Shown here in pieces: positions 39,848 to 49,930 of a DNA stretch of 64,000 nucleotides. Each line of letters starts with the position of its first letter. Position 1 is the stretch's first letter. Source of the DNA: an uncultured Gemmatimonadales bacterium (lineage in GTDB: Bacteria > Gemmatimonadota > Gemmatimonadetes > Longimicrobiales > RSA9); the NCBI GenBank assembly GCA_963798085.1, contig CAWCRS010000004.1, forward strand, positions 1-64,000. The letters are read 5' to 3'. The notes under the pieces are model-generated. The model saw only the letters and a program-made list of their open reading frames with translations, did not search any database and was not told the origin of the DNA. The translations under genes and the position numbers were made by a program.

Positions 39848-41502
39848 CAGCGTTTCCTCGACAGCGTTTCGCGCTCCTGGTCCAGCCCCTGGGCCAGCGC
39901 CTTCGCGCGCAGCAGCGCGTCGAACTCGTCCGCCGTGCCGACGCGGTGTGCACAGCCATGCGGGCAGCTGCTCACGCAGGCCGGTCCGGCCGGCGAAGCG
40001 TAGCAGAGATCACACTTGGTGGCGACCCGCCGTTCCTGGCCGCGCAGATGCTCGGGCAGCGCGTTCGACGGCCAGGTCTCGCCCAGCTCGTGCATGATGA
40101 TCGCGTCGTACGGGCAGTTCTCGGCACACGCGCCGCAGCCGATGCAGATACTGGGGTCGATCTCGACGACATTACCCACGTTGGCGCGGCGGATCGCTCC
40201 GGTCGGACAGCCGATCAGGCACACGGGATCGGCGCAGTGATAGCACGCACGCGTGATCAGGAAACCGCTGTACTTCTCGCCTTCCCGCACGAAGCGGGGA
40301 ATGCCGCCGTGCGTACTGGCGCACCCGCGCACGCAGTCATCACAGCGGGTGCAGGTTTCCAGATCGATCACCAGGATGGAGTTGCCCTGGACCAGCCCCT
40401 TGGCCAGCGCGAAATCGACCAGGTCGGAGCGGTGCGGGTGGTGGCGCGTAAAACCGATCTCGCGGATGCGGTCGACGGCCGATTCCCAGACGTACTTCTG
40501 CAGCTCCGGCTGCTGCCCGAATACGGCTGACAGATCGTTATAGCGGATGCGCACCAGTTCGGAATAGCCGACGGAGCGGGTGGTCGTCTGCCACTTCCTC
40601 CCCAGCTCGGGAAGCAGCAGCTCCACTTCGCCCAGCAGTGAGCCCTTGCTCAGGTAGGAGACCGCCATTTCGCCGGCTCCGACCGCCTGCGTCAACTTCA
40701 GGAATCCGGAGCGCACGAGAATCACGTGCTCGGCCAGCTTGCCTTCCGCGGTCACTTCGTCGCCGGGCTGCAGCGATACCAGCTCCACGCGCTCGCACAG
40801 CTTCTCGATGATGGACGCATCGCAGCCGCGCAGCAGGGGTGTGGTGGACAGGTGCTGGCGCAGGGTGCGCACGCGATACAGCTCGTCCAGCCGCTCGCGC
40901 AGTTTCCTCGCCTTGCGCCGCAGCTTGCGCAACGCGGGCAGCCGGATCTGTACCAGCCGGCAGGCGCTGGCGGTGCGTGCCGTCACCGATTGCGGCCAGC
41001 CGTTCAGTGCGCCGATCTCGCCGAAGATGTCGCCGGCCGCGAGCCGCATGCGGCCACCGCGGGGCAGATCGAAATCCGCACTCGCCAGGAATGTGATGGG
41101 CGCGTTCTGCGCAACGTTCCTCTGCGCGAGCGGCGACACGACATTCCCGGCGAGCGTGTCCGTTGTGGGGATGGAACTCATGATGCGCGTCGGAAAAATC
41201 GGCTTGCCCGACTCGGCATCACTGGCCAGGTACAGCTCGACTTCGCCGCTGTCGATCCAGAATGCCAGGTCGACGTAGGTGCCTTCCTCGAAAAGGATCG
41301 CGCCCGCGCGCCACGTCGCGATGGAAACATCCGCGCTGATGTCCTTGAGGAAATCGTCGTCGAGGCCATCGAAGATGGGATAACGGCGCAGCTCCGACGG
41401 ATACATCACGCTCGAGATGTCGACGATGCCGGTGTGGTCTCCCCACGATGACCAGCGATCGGTGTGCAGCTGCCGGCGCATCACGAACGTCGGTGATTCC
41501 AC
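39847..41502 (-). CDS. two cNMP-binding-fold domains fused to a 4x[4Fe-4S] NrfC/DmsB-type domain
   Basis: GDIFGEIGAL and GSLLGEVELL; CTRCDDCVRGC, CYHCADPVCLIGCP, CIGCGACAENCP, KCDLC..PACVSSCP; GTG start after GAGG. Confidence 0.88.
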   Translation of the reverse strand: MESPTFVMRRQLHTDRWSSWGDHTGIVDISSVMYPSELRRYPIFDGLDDDFLKDISADVSIATWRAGAILFEEGTYVDLAFWIDSGEVELYLASDAESGKPIFPTRIMSSIPTTDTLAGNVVSPLAQRNVAQNAPITFLASADFDLPRGGRMRLAAGDIFGEIGALNGWPQSVTARTASACRLVQIRLPALRKLRRKARKLRERLDELYRVRTLRQHLSTTPLLRGCDASIIEKLCERVELVSLQPGDEVTAEGKLAEHVILVRSGFLKLTQAVGAGEMAVSYLSKGSLLGEVELLLPELGRKWQTTTRSVGYSELVRIRYNDLSAVFGQQPELQKYVWESAVDRIREIGFTRHHPHRSDLVDFALAKGLVQGNSILVIDLETCTRCDDCVRGCASTHGGIPRFVREGEKYSGFLITRACYHCADPVCLIGCPTGAIRRANVGNVVEIDPSICIGCGACAENCPYDAIIMHELGETWPSNALPEHLRGQERRVATKCDLCYASPAGPACVSSCPHGCAHRVGTADEFDALLRAKALAQGLDQERETLSRKR

Positions 41503-41509
41503 AAGCGCC

Positions 41510-43669
41510 TCAGTTTCCGTGTCCCAGCAGCGCGTACAGCCGTTCCAGCCGCTGCTTGACCAGCAACAGGATCTGCTCCGTGGAGAGCGTGTCCGCTCTC
41601 TCCGGCAGGGGCGGCAGTTCCACGCGCGTGTCGGCGTTCGCCGTGCCCCGGCGCGAACTCGTGGCGGACGGTCGCGGCGGCAGCGATGCCGTGGGTGGCG
41701 CGTCGCTCCCTCCGGTGGCAGTCGCCAAACTCTGTGTTTGGGGGCGCTCCGTCCGCGGCTGCGCCGCACCGCTGCTCGTGACTGCCGCCGCAGTCACGGC
41801 CACTACCGTGACCTGCGGAATCGGGCGACTGGATACCACACTGGCGAACGCCGCGCGCAGGCGAGCGTCGTCGGCCGCGGTGTATCCGGCGGCGCCGCGC
41901 TTCGCCCGCCCGCGCTCCGCGCCCTTGTCGGGGAAATGCCTGATGCGGTGATTGCCGTCGACGAAATCGTACTTGTCGCCCGATGTGTGGCCGGCGGCGA
42001 GCAGTCGCTCATCGGTGATGCGATGGCAGTTGCCGCAGGTGCGTGCGCGCACCTCGGCATCCTTCAGTGCCGTCATGCCCAGCTGCGGATTGCCGCCCTT
42101 CTCGTGCGGCTCGAGCCACTCCGAGCTGGGTCCGTGGCAGCGCTCGCAGCTGACACCGGTCAGCACTTCCGCATGCGGTGCATCACTGGTCGCCGTACCA
42201 TGACAGTTCATGCAGATCTGGTCGGCGCGCGTCATGCGGTCGGGCCCGATGCCGTACAGCGTGGCGATCTCGCGCGCCTTCGGCGCCTTGTTGAGCAGCG
42301 GGTCCGCCGAACCCTGATGCTTGTCACGCGCCCACCAGTCGTCGGCATCGCCATGACACTTGGCACAGTCCGGCAGTGTCGTGCGATAGCGGCTGTCGAC
42401 GGCGGGGAACCACTCGGGCCGCGTGCGGATGCTGCCCGGCAGGGCCGCGGCGCCCGGTGGGCGCGCTGTCGCGGCCGTGGCCGCAGCACCTGCCGCCCGC
42501 CCTGCGCCCGCACTGGCGGCGTTGGCGACATTGGCCGAATCTGCGTGCGCGGCGCCGCCGGCACCCGTGTCCGCAGCCGCGATCAATTCCGGCGGGGCAC
42601 CGCCCGCGATCAGCGCATCCAGTGCAGCGAGATCCGCACCATTGCTGGTGGTGGCGAAGTGCTCGCCGATCACGCGGATCTGATCGGCTGCGCTGCTCAG
42701 GCTGGCTTTGTTGTCCGGGGCCAGACGAAGCCTGGCGCCCAGCACGAGGATCTCACGCAACGCAGGCACGGCGGCCGTGCGCGCCACCTCATCCAGCTCG
42801 CGATAACTCTGCTGTACGCGGCGCAGCATCGACTTGGAGTAGCGGTCATCCGTCGTGGCGACAGCCAGGCCGCGCAGCGCGAACTCGTATGACAGAATCC
42901 GACCCACCGCGAACATGAGCCGTCTGCGCTCCGCCGTCGGCTCGCGATTCTCCGCCGCACCACCCCACTGCTGCTGCAGAAAGTTGTGCCGGATCCTGCC
43001 CACGTTCGCGAGCAGATCGAAACGCGCCGATCCGGTTGTGTGGCCGCCCTTGTTCACCAGTTCCTCGATGGGAACCGTGTGACACTCGAAGCAGTTCGCG
43101 GCTACGGCGTAGAGATCGCCTGAGGGGCGCAGCATACCGCCCTTGATGCTCTGCTCGATGCGCTGCCGGCGGTGTTCGGGCGCTTCGTCTTCCGGCTTCT
43201 TTATTCCTTCGCCCCACTTGTTGTGCACGTTCACCCAGTCTGCAGCCGGACCGTGGCAGGACTCGCAGGACACGCCGGCGATCGCAGTCAGCTCAGGCCC
43301 CACTGTGTAATGACAGCGCAGGCAGAGGCTCTCCTTGCGTTTGGTGACGACGAGGCCCATGCGCTGCAGGATGTCGTGCGCGCCATCCGACCGGTGCAGA
43401 CTGTCGAAGCCGGTCGCATGCTTCGTCATGCGCCAGACTTCGTATTCTGAGGAATGACATTCGCCGCACGGCGTGCGCGTATCGCGCGCCGACAGCACGA
43501 TCCTGGATGGATCGATGCGCAGGTATGGCGAATTCCGGTAATCCACCTGCTGCTGGGCGTGCAGCGGTGTTACGCGAAGCAGCAGAACGACGCAGCCGGC
43601 CAATACCCGACCCACCCGGCGGAAGCCGACACCACGGCAGCCACTAGGGAGCATTCCTGCAGACTGCAT
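41510..43669 (-). CDS. secreted octaheme cytochrome c (two c554-like tetraheme modules)
   Basis: Signal ending LHA-Q; 8 CxxCH; duplicated GVSCESCHGP and GVSCERCHGP; Ala-rich linker. Confidence 0.88.
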   Translation of the reverse strand: MQSAGMLPSGCRGVGFRRVGRVLAGCVVLLLRVTPLHAQQQVDYRNSPYLRIDPSRIVLSARDTRTPCGECHSSEYEVWRMTKHATGFDSLHRSDGAHDILQRMGLVVTKRKESLCLRCHYTVGPELTAIAGVSCESCHGPAADWVNVHNKWGEGIKKPEDEAPEHRRQRIEQSIKGGMLRPSGDLYAVAANCFECHTVPIEELVNKGGHTTGSARFDLLANVGRIRHNFLQQQWGGAAENREPTAERRRLMFAVGRILSYEFALRGLAVATTDDRYSKSMLRRVQQSYRELDEVARTAAVPALREILVLGARLRLAPDNKASLSSAADQIRVIGEHFATTSNGADLAALDALIAGGAPPELIAAADTGAGGAAHADSANVANAASAGAGRAAGAAATAATARPPGAAALPGSIRTRPEWFPAVDSRYRTTLPDCAKCHGDADDWWARDKHQGSADPLLNKAPKAREIATLYGIGPDRMTRADQICMNCHGTATSDAPHAEVLTGVSCERCHGPSSEWLEPHEKGGNPQLGMTALKDAEVRARTCGNCHRITDERLLAAGHTSGDKYDFVDGNHRIRHFPDKGAERGRAKRGAAGYTAADDARLRAAFASVVSSRPIPQVTVVAVTAAAVTSSGAAQPRTERPQTQSLATATGGSDAPPTASLPPRPSATSSRRGTANADTRVELPPLPERADTLSTEQILLLVKQRLERLYALLGHGN

Positions 43670-43675
43670 CGCCTC

Positions 43676-45253
43676 TCAGAGATTCAGAGTCAGGTCGAAG
43701 CGCCCGAATACGCGCATGCCGTTGCTCACGAAGTCCCAGGCCGTCGACCCGTCCACGACGAACAGCACCCGGCGATGGAACGCCGCCTGGTAGCGTGCGC
43801 CCAGGCCGGCCAGATTGCTGCCGCTGTTCAGCTTCTTCATGCGCGCGCGGCCGCCCACCTCGAAAACCAGCTGCTGCCGCGTGTCATGCAGGAAGATCTG
43901 ATGGCCGAAGCTGCCGCCCAGCGCATTGTCCGCCTGGTTGCTGAGTCCTGCCCCCACGCGACCAATGCCGGGCGCGGCGAAGAGGATCCCCGTCTGACCC
44001 AGCGGGCCGCCCGACGACGGGCCGCGCGCGGCGGAGCGGAACCGGTCGATCCCCACGAACGTGTCGAAATACCAGAAGTTGTCACTGTGCCTGGACGTCC
44101 ACGAGAACTGGTCGTGCAGCAGAACGCCGCGCGTGTTGAACGCGGTTTCACCACCTATGGGGAACGAGCCCAGTACGCGGAAAACATTGTTGGCGCGGCC
44201 CCAGCGGCGGATGTCGCCGATGCCGGCGTAGATGCCATCGCCGGAGGACGTGCTGCCGTTCACGAACGCCGCATCCAGCTGCAGCGTAGTGGAACGCAGG
44301 TCCATTTCCGAGAACAGGCCGAACAGCGAAGCCGAGTCGTCGCGGATGTTCCCCTGCGCACTCTGCCGGTCGATCTGACCCCATGAGTAAACCGCTGTTA
44401 TACGCGTGTTGACCACCGAGCCGAGTTTCATGTTGGCGCGCGTCAGGCCCACCATGTCCAGCGCATTCTCATTCACCAGCAGACCATCCTGGAAGTCGAG
44501 CGGCTGACGGCCAACCGAGAAGTAAATGTCCCAGGATCCGCTGTCGTCGTTGTCGATGTTGGGGAACAGCTCACCGAAATCGCCCTCGAAGAACAGCGTG
44601 CGCACCACACCGTTCAGCTCCGAGTGGAACGATTCCTTTTCTCCCTTCGCGTTGAGCGGCGGATTCGTGAACGTGTAGCTGGTGAAGCGGCCGTCGCGGT
44701 CGAGCGGGCGCAGTCCCACCAGCACGCGCTCGGTCTGCGTCAGATAGAGATTGCCGAAGAGATCGAAGCGACCTGCCGCCTCGGCCAGATCCGTGCTGCC
44801 CGGATTCGTGTGTCCACCCTGCGCCGCCGTGCGTAGCGTGCCGAAAGCCAGAAACGCCGGCTGCCACACCGCGCCGCCGGGGAGCTTGATGCCCTTGTGC
44901 AGCGTTCCCGTCCCCAGGAATGGCTCGCCCAGCTCGATGAGCGCATGCGGCCGCTGGGCGATCTCCGCGAGAGGCAGGCACTTGTCCGACAGCCGGCTTT
45001 CACCGCCCTTCTCCTGCTCCTTCGCGCCCTCGCTGCATTCTTTCAGAAACCGGTCTTTCTCGCCCGGCTTCGCCTGCTGCTGTTGCGACTGTTGCGACTG
45101 TTGCTGCTGGGCGCCGAGCGGCAGGGCCGTGAACAGAAGCACGGCCGCGGCGGCGACAGTCGCCCGGCGCGTCCCGTGCATCGGCCAGCGTCGCGCGCCG
45201 CGGCGCAATGGCCGGCGCGCCCCCGGCATGAGGACCCCCAGCCGCGCGCTCAT
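43676..45253 (-). CDS. putative outer-membrane beta-barrel (porin-like)
   Basis: Signal ending LGA-QQQ, aromatic amphipathic strands, C-terminal GRFDLTLNL; lies between two cytochrome genes. Confidence 0.68.
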   Translation of the reverse strand: MSARLGVLMPGARRPLRRGARRWPMHGTRRATVAAAAVLLFTALPLGAQQQQSQQSQQQQAKPGEKDRFLKECSEGAKEQEKGGESRLSDKCLPLAEIAQRPHALIELGEPFLGTGTLHKGIKLPGGAVWQPAFLAFGTLRTAAQGGHTNPGSTDLAEAAGRFDLFGNLYLTQTERVLVGLRPLDRDGRFTSYTFTNPPLNAKGEKESFHSELNGVVRTLFFEGDFGELFPNIDNDDSGSWDIYFSVGRQPLDFQDGLLVNENALDMVGLTRANMKLGSVVNTRITAVYSWGQIDRQSAQGNIRDDSASLFGLFSEMDLRSTTLQLDAAFVNGSTSSGDGIYAGIGDIRRWGRANNVFRVLGSFPIGGETAFNTRGVLLHDQFSWTSRHSDNFWYFDTFVGIDRFRSAARGPSSGGPLGQTGILFAAPGIGRVGAGLSNQADNALGGSFGHQIFLHDTRQQLVFEVGGRARMKKLNSGSNLAGLGARYQAAFHRRVLFVVDGSTAWDFVSNGMRVFGRFDLTLNL

Positions 45254-47080
45254 CGGGTGAGATCCACGGTGCGGTCCCACAGAACCTGCGCGCCGTTCAC
45301 CACGGCTGTGGCCACGGAGCGCGGGGACATGTAGTAGTCGAAACCGATGTCCTGGATTTCGCTGATCAGGTTCACCGGCACCATCTGCGCGATGAGCTGG
45401 ATGTGCGCGCGATACGGTCCGCGGCTGCTGCGCAGCGCCGCCGCGTCCACCTTGTATTCCGCCCAGTCGCTCTTCTCCGGCACAATGGTCATGCGGTGCT
45501 TGCGCGCGCCATCGGGCCGCGCCAGCAGTACCGTGGCGCGCGTGGATGGTCGCAGGAAAGGCAAGGGGCTGGGCGAGTAGTTCACCGCCAGCACCTGCTC
45601 GCGCTCGCCTCCGCGCAGCATGCGTGTCAGGAATTTCGACTGCAGACTGAACAGTGCCTTGTCGCGCGGCAGCTCGCCGTTGTGCACGTAGCGCGAGTGC
45701 GGATCACGCAGATCGCCGTTGGGATCGCGGTCACCCGACCGGAAGACCACCTTGCCATCGGCATCCAGCACGTCCACCTGCAGGAAGACGAGGCGTTCCG
45801 CATCGAAACCGGTGGGCACGTTGTGGCCGTTGGTGCCGTTCCTCACTTCCACCCTGAACTCCACGCCATTCTGCGCCCGCCCGGCCCACCTTCACATCGC
45901 CCAGGATGTAGCCGTTGCGCAGCAGCACCAGTCGCTGCTGTGCCGCCTTTGCCAGCAGCGTCTGATTCGCCTGGATGACTTCGCGCGCGTCAATGCGATC
46001 ATCGGCGGTGCGCCAGCGGTCGGGAAACGTGGTGCCCTGCGGAACGTGCTGCTCGAACGCGTCGGTTCCCCAGCCGGCGGCCGCGTCGAAGCTCAGCCAT
46101 TCCCGGATGGTGGCCAGCTCCGCGGCGCGCACGTTGTGGGGAAAGATGCCGGGGTGTATGACCGGATAGTCGGGCCCCACGAACATGTGGTTAGTGCGCC
46201 TGCGGATGCGCGTGGGCCGGCCACCCACGATCGCGGCCGCGGCGGAATCGTAGCCCGATACCTTGCCGGGCTCCTTCCCCATGTGACAGTCCTGGCAGGA
46301 TATCTTCTCGCCCGACGCCGGTGACGCCTTGTATTCGCTGAACGCTTCTTCCAGCCGGAACCCGTTCACCAGGTTGACATCATGGCAGGCGCCGCAGAAG
46401 CCGGAGGTACGGATCTGCGGCAGCACGCCGGCGTCGGCGTGAATGGCGCGGCCGGCCTGGCCGCGCTTCGCGTTCACACTGTACTGCGGATCGCCGATCA
46501 CGCGTTTCACCTCGGCGCCGCCCGTGGGGCCGTAGACGGGCGTGAAGATGTCGCCCTCGACGATGGCCAGCCGTCCGCTCGCCTTGCCGTTGGGCCGGTC
46601 CAGACGGTGACAGACGATGCACGTCACGCCTTCACGCGATGTCGGGTACCGGTCCATGTTCGTCATGAATTCGGGCTCGCGCAGGTTCATGCCGACCGGT
46701 GTGTGGCAGCGGATGCAGAAGTCGCCGTTCGTGCCGTTCGTCAGCTTCAGGATCTTGCCGTGCATGGCATTGAACACGGGACTCATCTGCGCGTAGGCGT
46801 GCTGCGAGACCGACCATTCGCGGTACTGATCGGGATGACAGTTGGCGCAGAGGTTGGCTGAGGGGAAGCGGTCTTCATCGTCGAACGCGCGAACGTGCGC
46901 CAGTGCGATCGCAGTGTCGCTCAGCTGGGCCGTCGGCGGGGCCGCGCCATTGGCCTGGGCAAGGAGCCGGCACGGGCGTGCGGCGAACAACGCCGCGGCA
47001 ACCACGAGCGTGCAAGCCCACCGAGCGCTCGCACCGCGACGGCCCGCTCCGGATACGTTCCGGGTACGCCTGATCCGCAT
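45250..47080 (-). CDS. secreted pentaheme c554-family cytochrome c (frameshift at about 45869)
   Basis: CANCH, CIRCH, CIVCH, CGACH, CQDCH; ORF 45731-47080 joins 45250-45864 (GHNVPTG) after removing one A. Confidence 0.85.
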
Positions 47081-47159
47081 GGCAGTATCTCAGCGTGAGG
47101 GAGGCCGGGTTTTCAGACTGTCGGCGCAGGCGATGCGCCTTGCAGCAACGCTCGCCGGC

Positions 47160-48296
47160 TCATTGCGTACCGCCGAAGCGAACTGTGGCGGATGCTTCAA
47201 TGCCGGTGAAAGCGCTCTCCACACCTTCTGTCGCGATGACTTTTCCGAAGCGCGCGCGCAGGGTTGGCAGCAGCGTCAGATTGCGTGCGTGCGCTTCCGC
47301 TCCCAGGCCCACTCCCAGCGCGTAACCCTGCCCCTGTCCGTCGGCACTCCGGAACACGCGTGCGTCGACACCAGGGAGCAGCGCGCCCGAGCCTGCGGGA
47401 AGACGCAGCGCACTGCCCGTCAGAATCAGATCCTGCGCCGGCGAGTCGCTGCCGCTGCCGAAGAGCGATGGGTCGAGGAACGTTCCGCGCTGGCGTCGCA
47501 GCCAGCCGCCATACAGCACGGCGCTGGCCCTCGCCGTAGCCGCGAACGCGTAGCTGAGCATGGCCTGCAGACGGTTGCCCGAGCGGTAAAGGTTCTGCCC
47601 GCTCAGCTGATCGTTCCCGTACCGCTGCAGACCTAACTGCAGAGTAGCCTTGCCCGACTCGCCAATGCTTCGATCGAGCGCGAGCCTGGCCTGGAAGCGG
47701 TTGCCCGGCAGATAGGCGCGCTGGTCCTCCGCAAGCGGCTCGAACTCGCGACCCAGCCCGTAGCCCAGACTCAGGCCCACACCGGTGCCGTTCACTGTCG
47801 TGAGCGCCGTGCCTTCCAGCGCGACGCCGCCACCCGAGCCCCAGTTCGAGATGCGGAAGGGCAGCAGGTCCGCGGCGATGGCGCCTGCCACCTCCGCTTC
47901 TTCCAGCGACTGTGTGGCGCTGCCAGTGGGCGCGGACCAGGTGGCCGCGATCAGGAAGCGGTCCTGTGCGACGGACAGCACGGCGCGCACGTCCGTGTCG
48001 GTGAGGCCGGACAGTTTCGCCTGCGAGCCATCGGGCCGGCTCAGCGTTCCCGAAGCATACGCCCCGGTCACCTCCAGGCTGAGCGTGCGCAGCAGCGCCA
48101 CCCGCCCGCCGAAGGGCAGGGTCATGAGCGACAGCGCTTCCAGGCCGGCTGCGGCCGCCGTGGCGAAGCTGTAGTGTTCGAAGGATGCGCCCGCGCCCAC
48201 CGTGGCGCGCTGCCCAAACACAGCGTTAGAGGCCGCCAGCAGCAGGCCCAGGGCGGCGCCCAGCGGGCGCGCACACACGATCCGAGATCGCCTCAT
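47160..48296 (-). CDS. putative outer-membrane beta-barrel protein, copy B
   Basis: Paralog of 30405-31511: SGLTDTDVR, AADLLPFRISNWGSGGG, REFEPL, PGN, LRARFG, terminal VRF. Confidence 0.75.
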   Translation of the reverse strand: MRRSRIVCARPLGAALGLLLAASNAVFGQRATVGAGASFEHYSFATAAAAGLEALSLMTLPFGGRVALLRTLSLEVTGAYASGTLSRPDGSQAKLSGLTDTDVRAVLSVAQDRFLIAATWSAPTGSATQSLEEAEVAGAIAADLLPFRISNWGSGGGVALEGTALTTVNGTGVGLSLGYGLGREFEPLAEDQRAYLPGNRFQARLALDRSIGESGKATLQLGLQRYGNDQLSGQNLYRSGNRLQAMLSYAFAATARASAVLYGGWLRRQRGTFLDPSLFGSGSDSPAQDLILTGSALRLPAGSGALLPGVDARVFRSADGQGQGYALGVGLGAEAHARNLTLLPTLRARFGKVIATEGVESAFTGIEASATVRFGGTQ

Positions 48297-48304
48297 GCGC
48301 CCCC

Positions 48305-49600
48305 TCAGTTCCGGCGGATGATGATTTCCAGGACAGTGCTCTTGCCAATGCCTTCAGTGCCCAGCACTTCGGGCGCGGCATCACGGCCGTTGGCGCCGGG
48401 CACCAGCGCCTGCAGGACCGCCAGCGACGCGGCCGGGCCCGCGGCGCTGGCCGCAGCACGTTGTCCCAGCTGGTCCGTAGTAGTGGCCTGCGCGCTCGCG
48501 GCGCGCGTGGCCACATCCGCGTTGCGGCGGGCCGCGGCGAAGCCACGATCCAGGCTGGCCGCGCGCTGGAACTGCTGCGCCGCTGCGCCGTAGTCTGCGC
48601 GGTCCTGCGCCTCCAGACCCCGACCGAACGCGAGCACGGCCTGCAGGTTCTGTGTGGGCCGCTGATTCACACGCTCCCGCTCCGCCACCGTCAGCTCGAT
48701 GCCCAGCGAGCCGTAGATGTCGAGCGCCAGCCGCTTCTCCAGATCGAACAGCCTGTTGAGCGCGTCCTGCTGCTGCACCGTGCGCGCTGCCGCGCCTGCA
48801 TTGGCCGCGTCCACTACCGCCGCCTGCAGCTGCAGCTGGGACTGATCGCCCGCGATGCGGCCCTGCACGATGCGCCCGGCGCCCAGCAGCCGACCGCTCC
48901 TCGCCGCTGTCGCCGGATCCACCAGACCGGTCCGGTCCAGCTTCAGCTCGTCCAGCAGGAATTGCACGCGCGAACGTTCCAGCACGGTGAGCCGCTGCGT
49001 CTGCGAGAGGTCCGTCACCAGCATCTCCGCGAGTGCGCGGCTGAGCGGTTCCAGCTCGGCATTCCCACCGTTGTAGAGGAACGGGAAAATGGCCACCGAC
49101 GCAGGCGCCAGCCGGCTCGTGCCCAGCTCCGCTTCGCGCGCCAGCGCATCGCGCACCGCCGCCTCCAGCTCCTTGCGCTCGATCAGCGGCATGCGTGCCT
49201 GGACCTCGTTCTTCAGGCCCTTCGACTTCTCGTCCTGCAAGTAGCGCGTGTACAGCTGCCTTGCCTGCGCGTACCGACCCAGGTCCTCGTACGTCAGCCC
49301 GAGGAAAAGGACGCCCTGCGAGTTCTGCATGCGCAGCGCGACCGCCCGCTCCAGCACCTGCCTGGCCTGGTCCGTGCGCTTCAGCCGGCGATACACCTGA
49401 CCCAGCTGCAGCAGAGCGTCGAAGTCCGTCGAGTCCTTCGCCACACTCGCCTCGAGCGCACGCACCGCGCCGGGTGATGGCGCCGCCGTCGTCTGCACCG
49501 CGGGCGCGCAACCCGCCAGCAGCGCCGGCAGTACCAGCGCGAGCGGCATGCCGCGGCCGGGCGAGAAGTTCCGGCGCAAGCGGGTTCCCAGCGGCTCCAT
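48305..49600 (-). CDS. TPR plus CsgG/FlgO-like lipoprotein, copy B
   Basis: AAGGAGG RBS, LAGC lipobox, PLSRALAEMLVTDLSQTQRLTVLER, VDPATAARSGRLLGA, EVLGTEGI. Confidence 0.85.
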   Translation of the reverse strand: MEPLGTRLRRNFSPGRGMPLALVLPALLAGCAPAVQTTAAPSPGAVRALEASVAKDSTDFDALLQLGQVYRRLKRTDQARQVLERAVALRMQNSQGVLFLGLTYEDLGRYAQARQLYTRYLQDEKSKGLKNEVQARMPLIERKELEAAVRDALAREAELGTSRLAPASVAIFPFLYNGGNAELEPLSRALAEMLVTDLSQTQRLTVLERSRVQFLLDELKLDRTGLVDPATAARSGRLLGAGRIVQGRIAGDQSQLQLQAAVVDAANAGAAARTVQQQDALNRLFDLEKRLALDIYGSLGIELTVAERERVNQRPTQNLQAVLAFGRGLEAQDRADYGAAAQQFQRAASLDRGFAAARRNADVATRAASAQATTTDQLGQRAAASAAGPAASLAVLQALVPGANGRDAAPEVLGTEGIGKSTVLEIIIRRN

Positions 49601-49930
49601 GGAACCTCCTTCGAAGCCAGGCGGAGGAGAAAAAGCCTCGTTTGCGCGAAGCCGAAGATCCATGAGGTAGCGACCGCTCCAAAATGCCGCGCCGCCTCAC
49701 CCAGCGTCAATCGCGGTGCAACCTGTCGCGCGAAATCGGTCGGCTCGAAATCCGGAATCGCGCCTTCGATTTCTACGTGAGCACATTTCTTCCATTCAAG
49801 CAGGATCGGGTTCCGCGAGTTGCGAAGCAGTGTGAGACGTGCGCCTTGCCGTTGACTGCCTTCCTGGTCAGTGGCGCAAAATGTCATGACAAGTGGCCGT
49901 GCCGCAGACGCACGGGCCCGCCGTCAAGAA

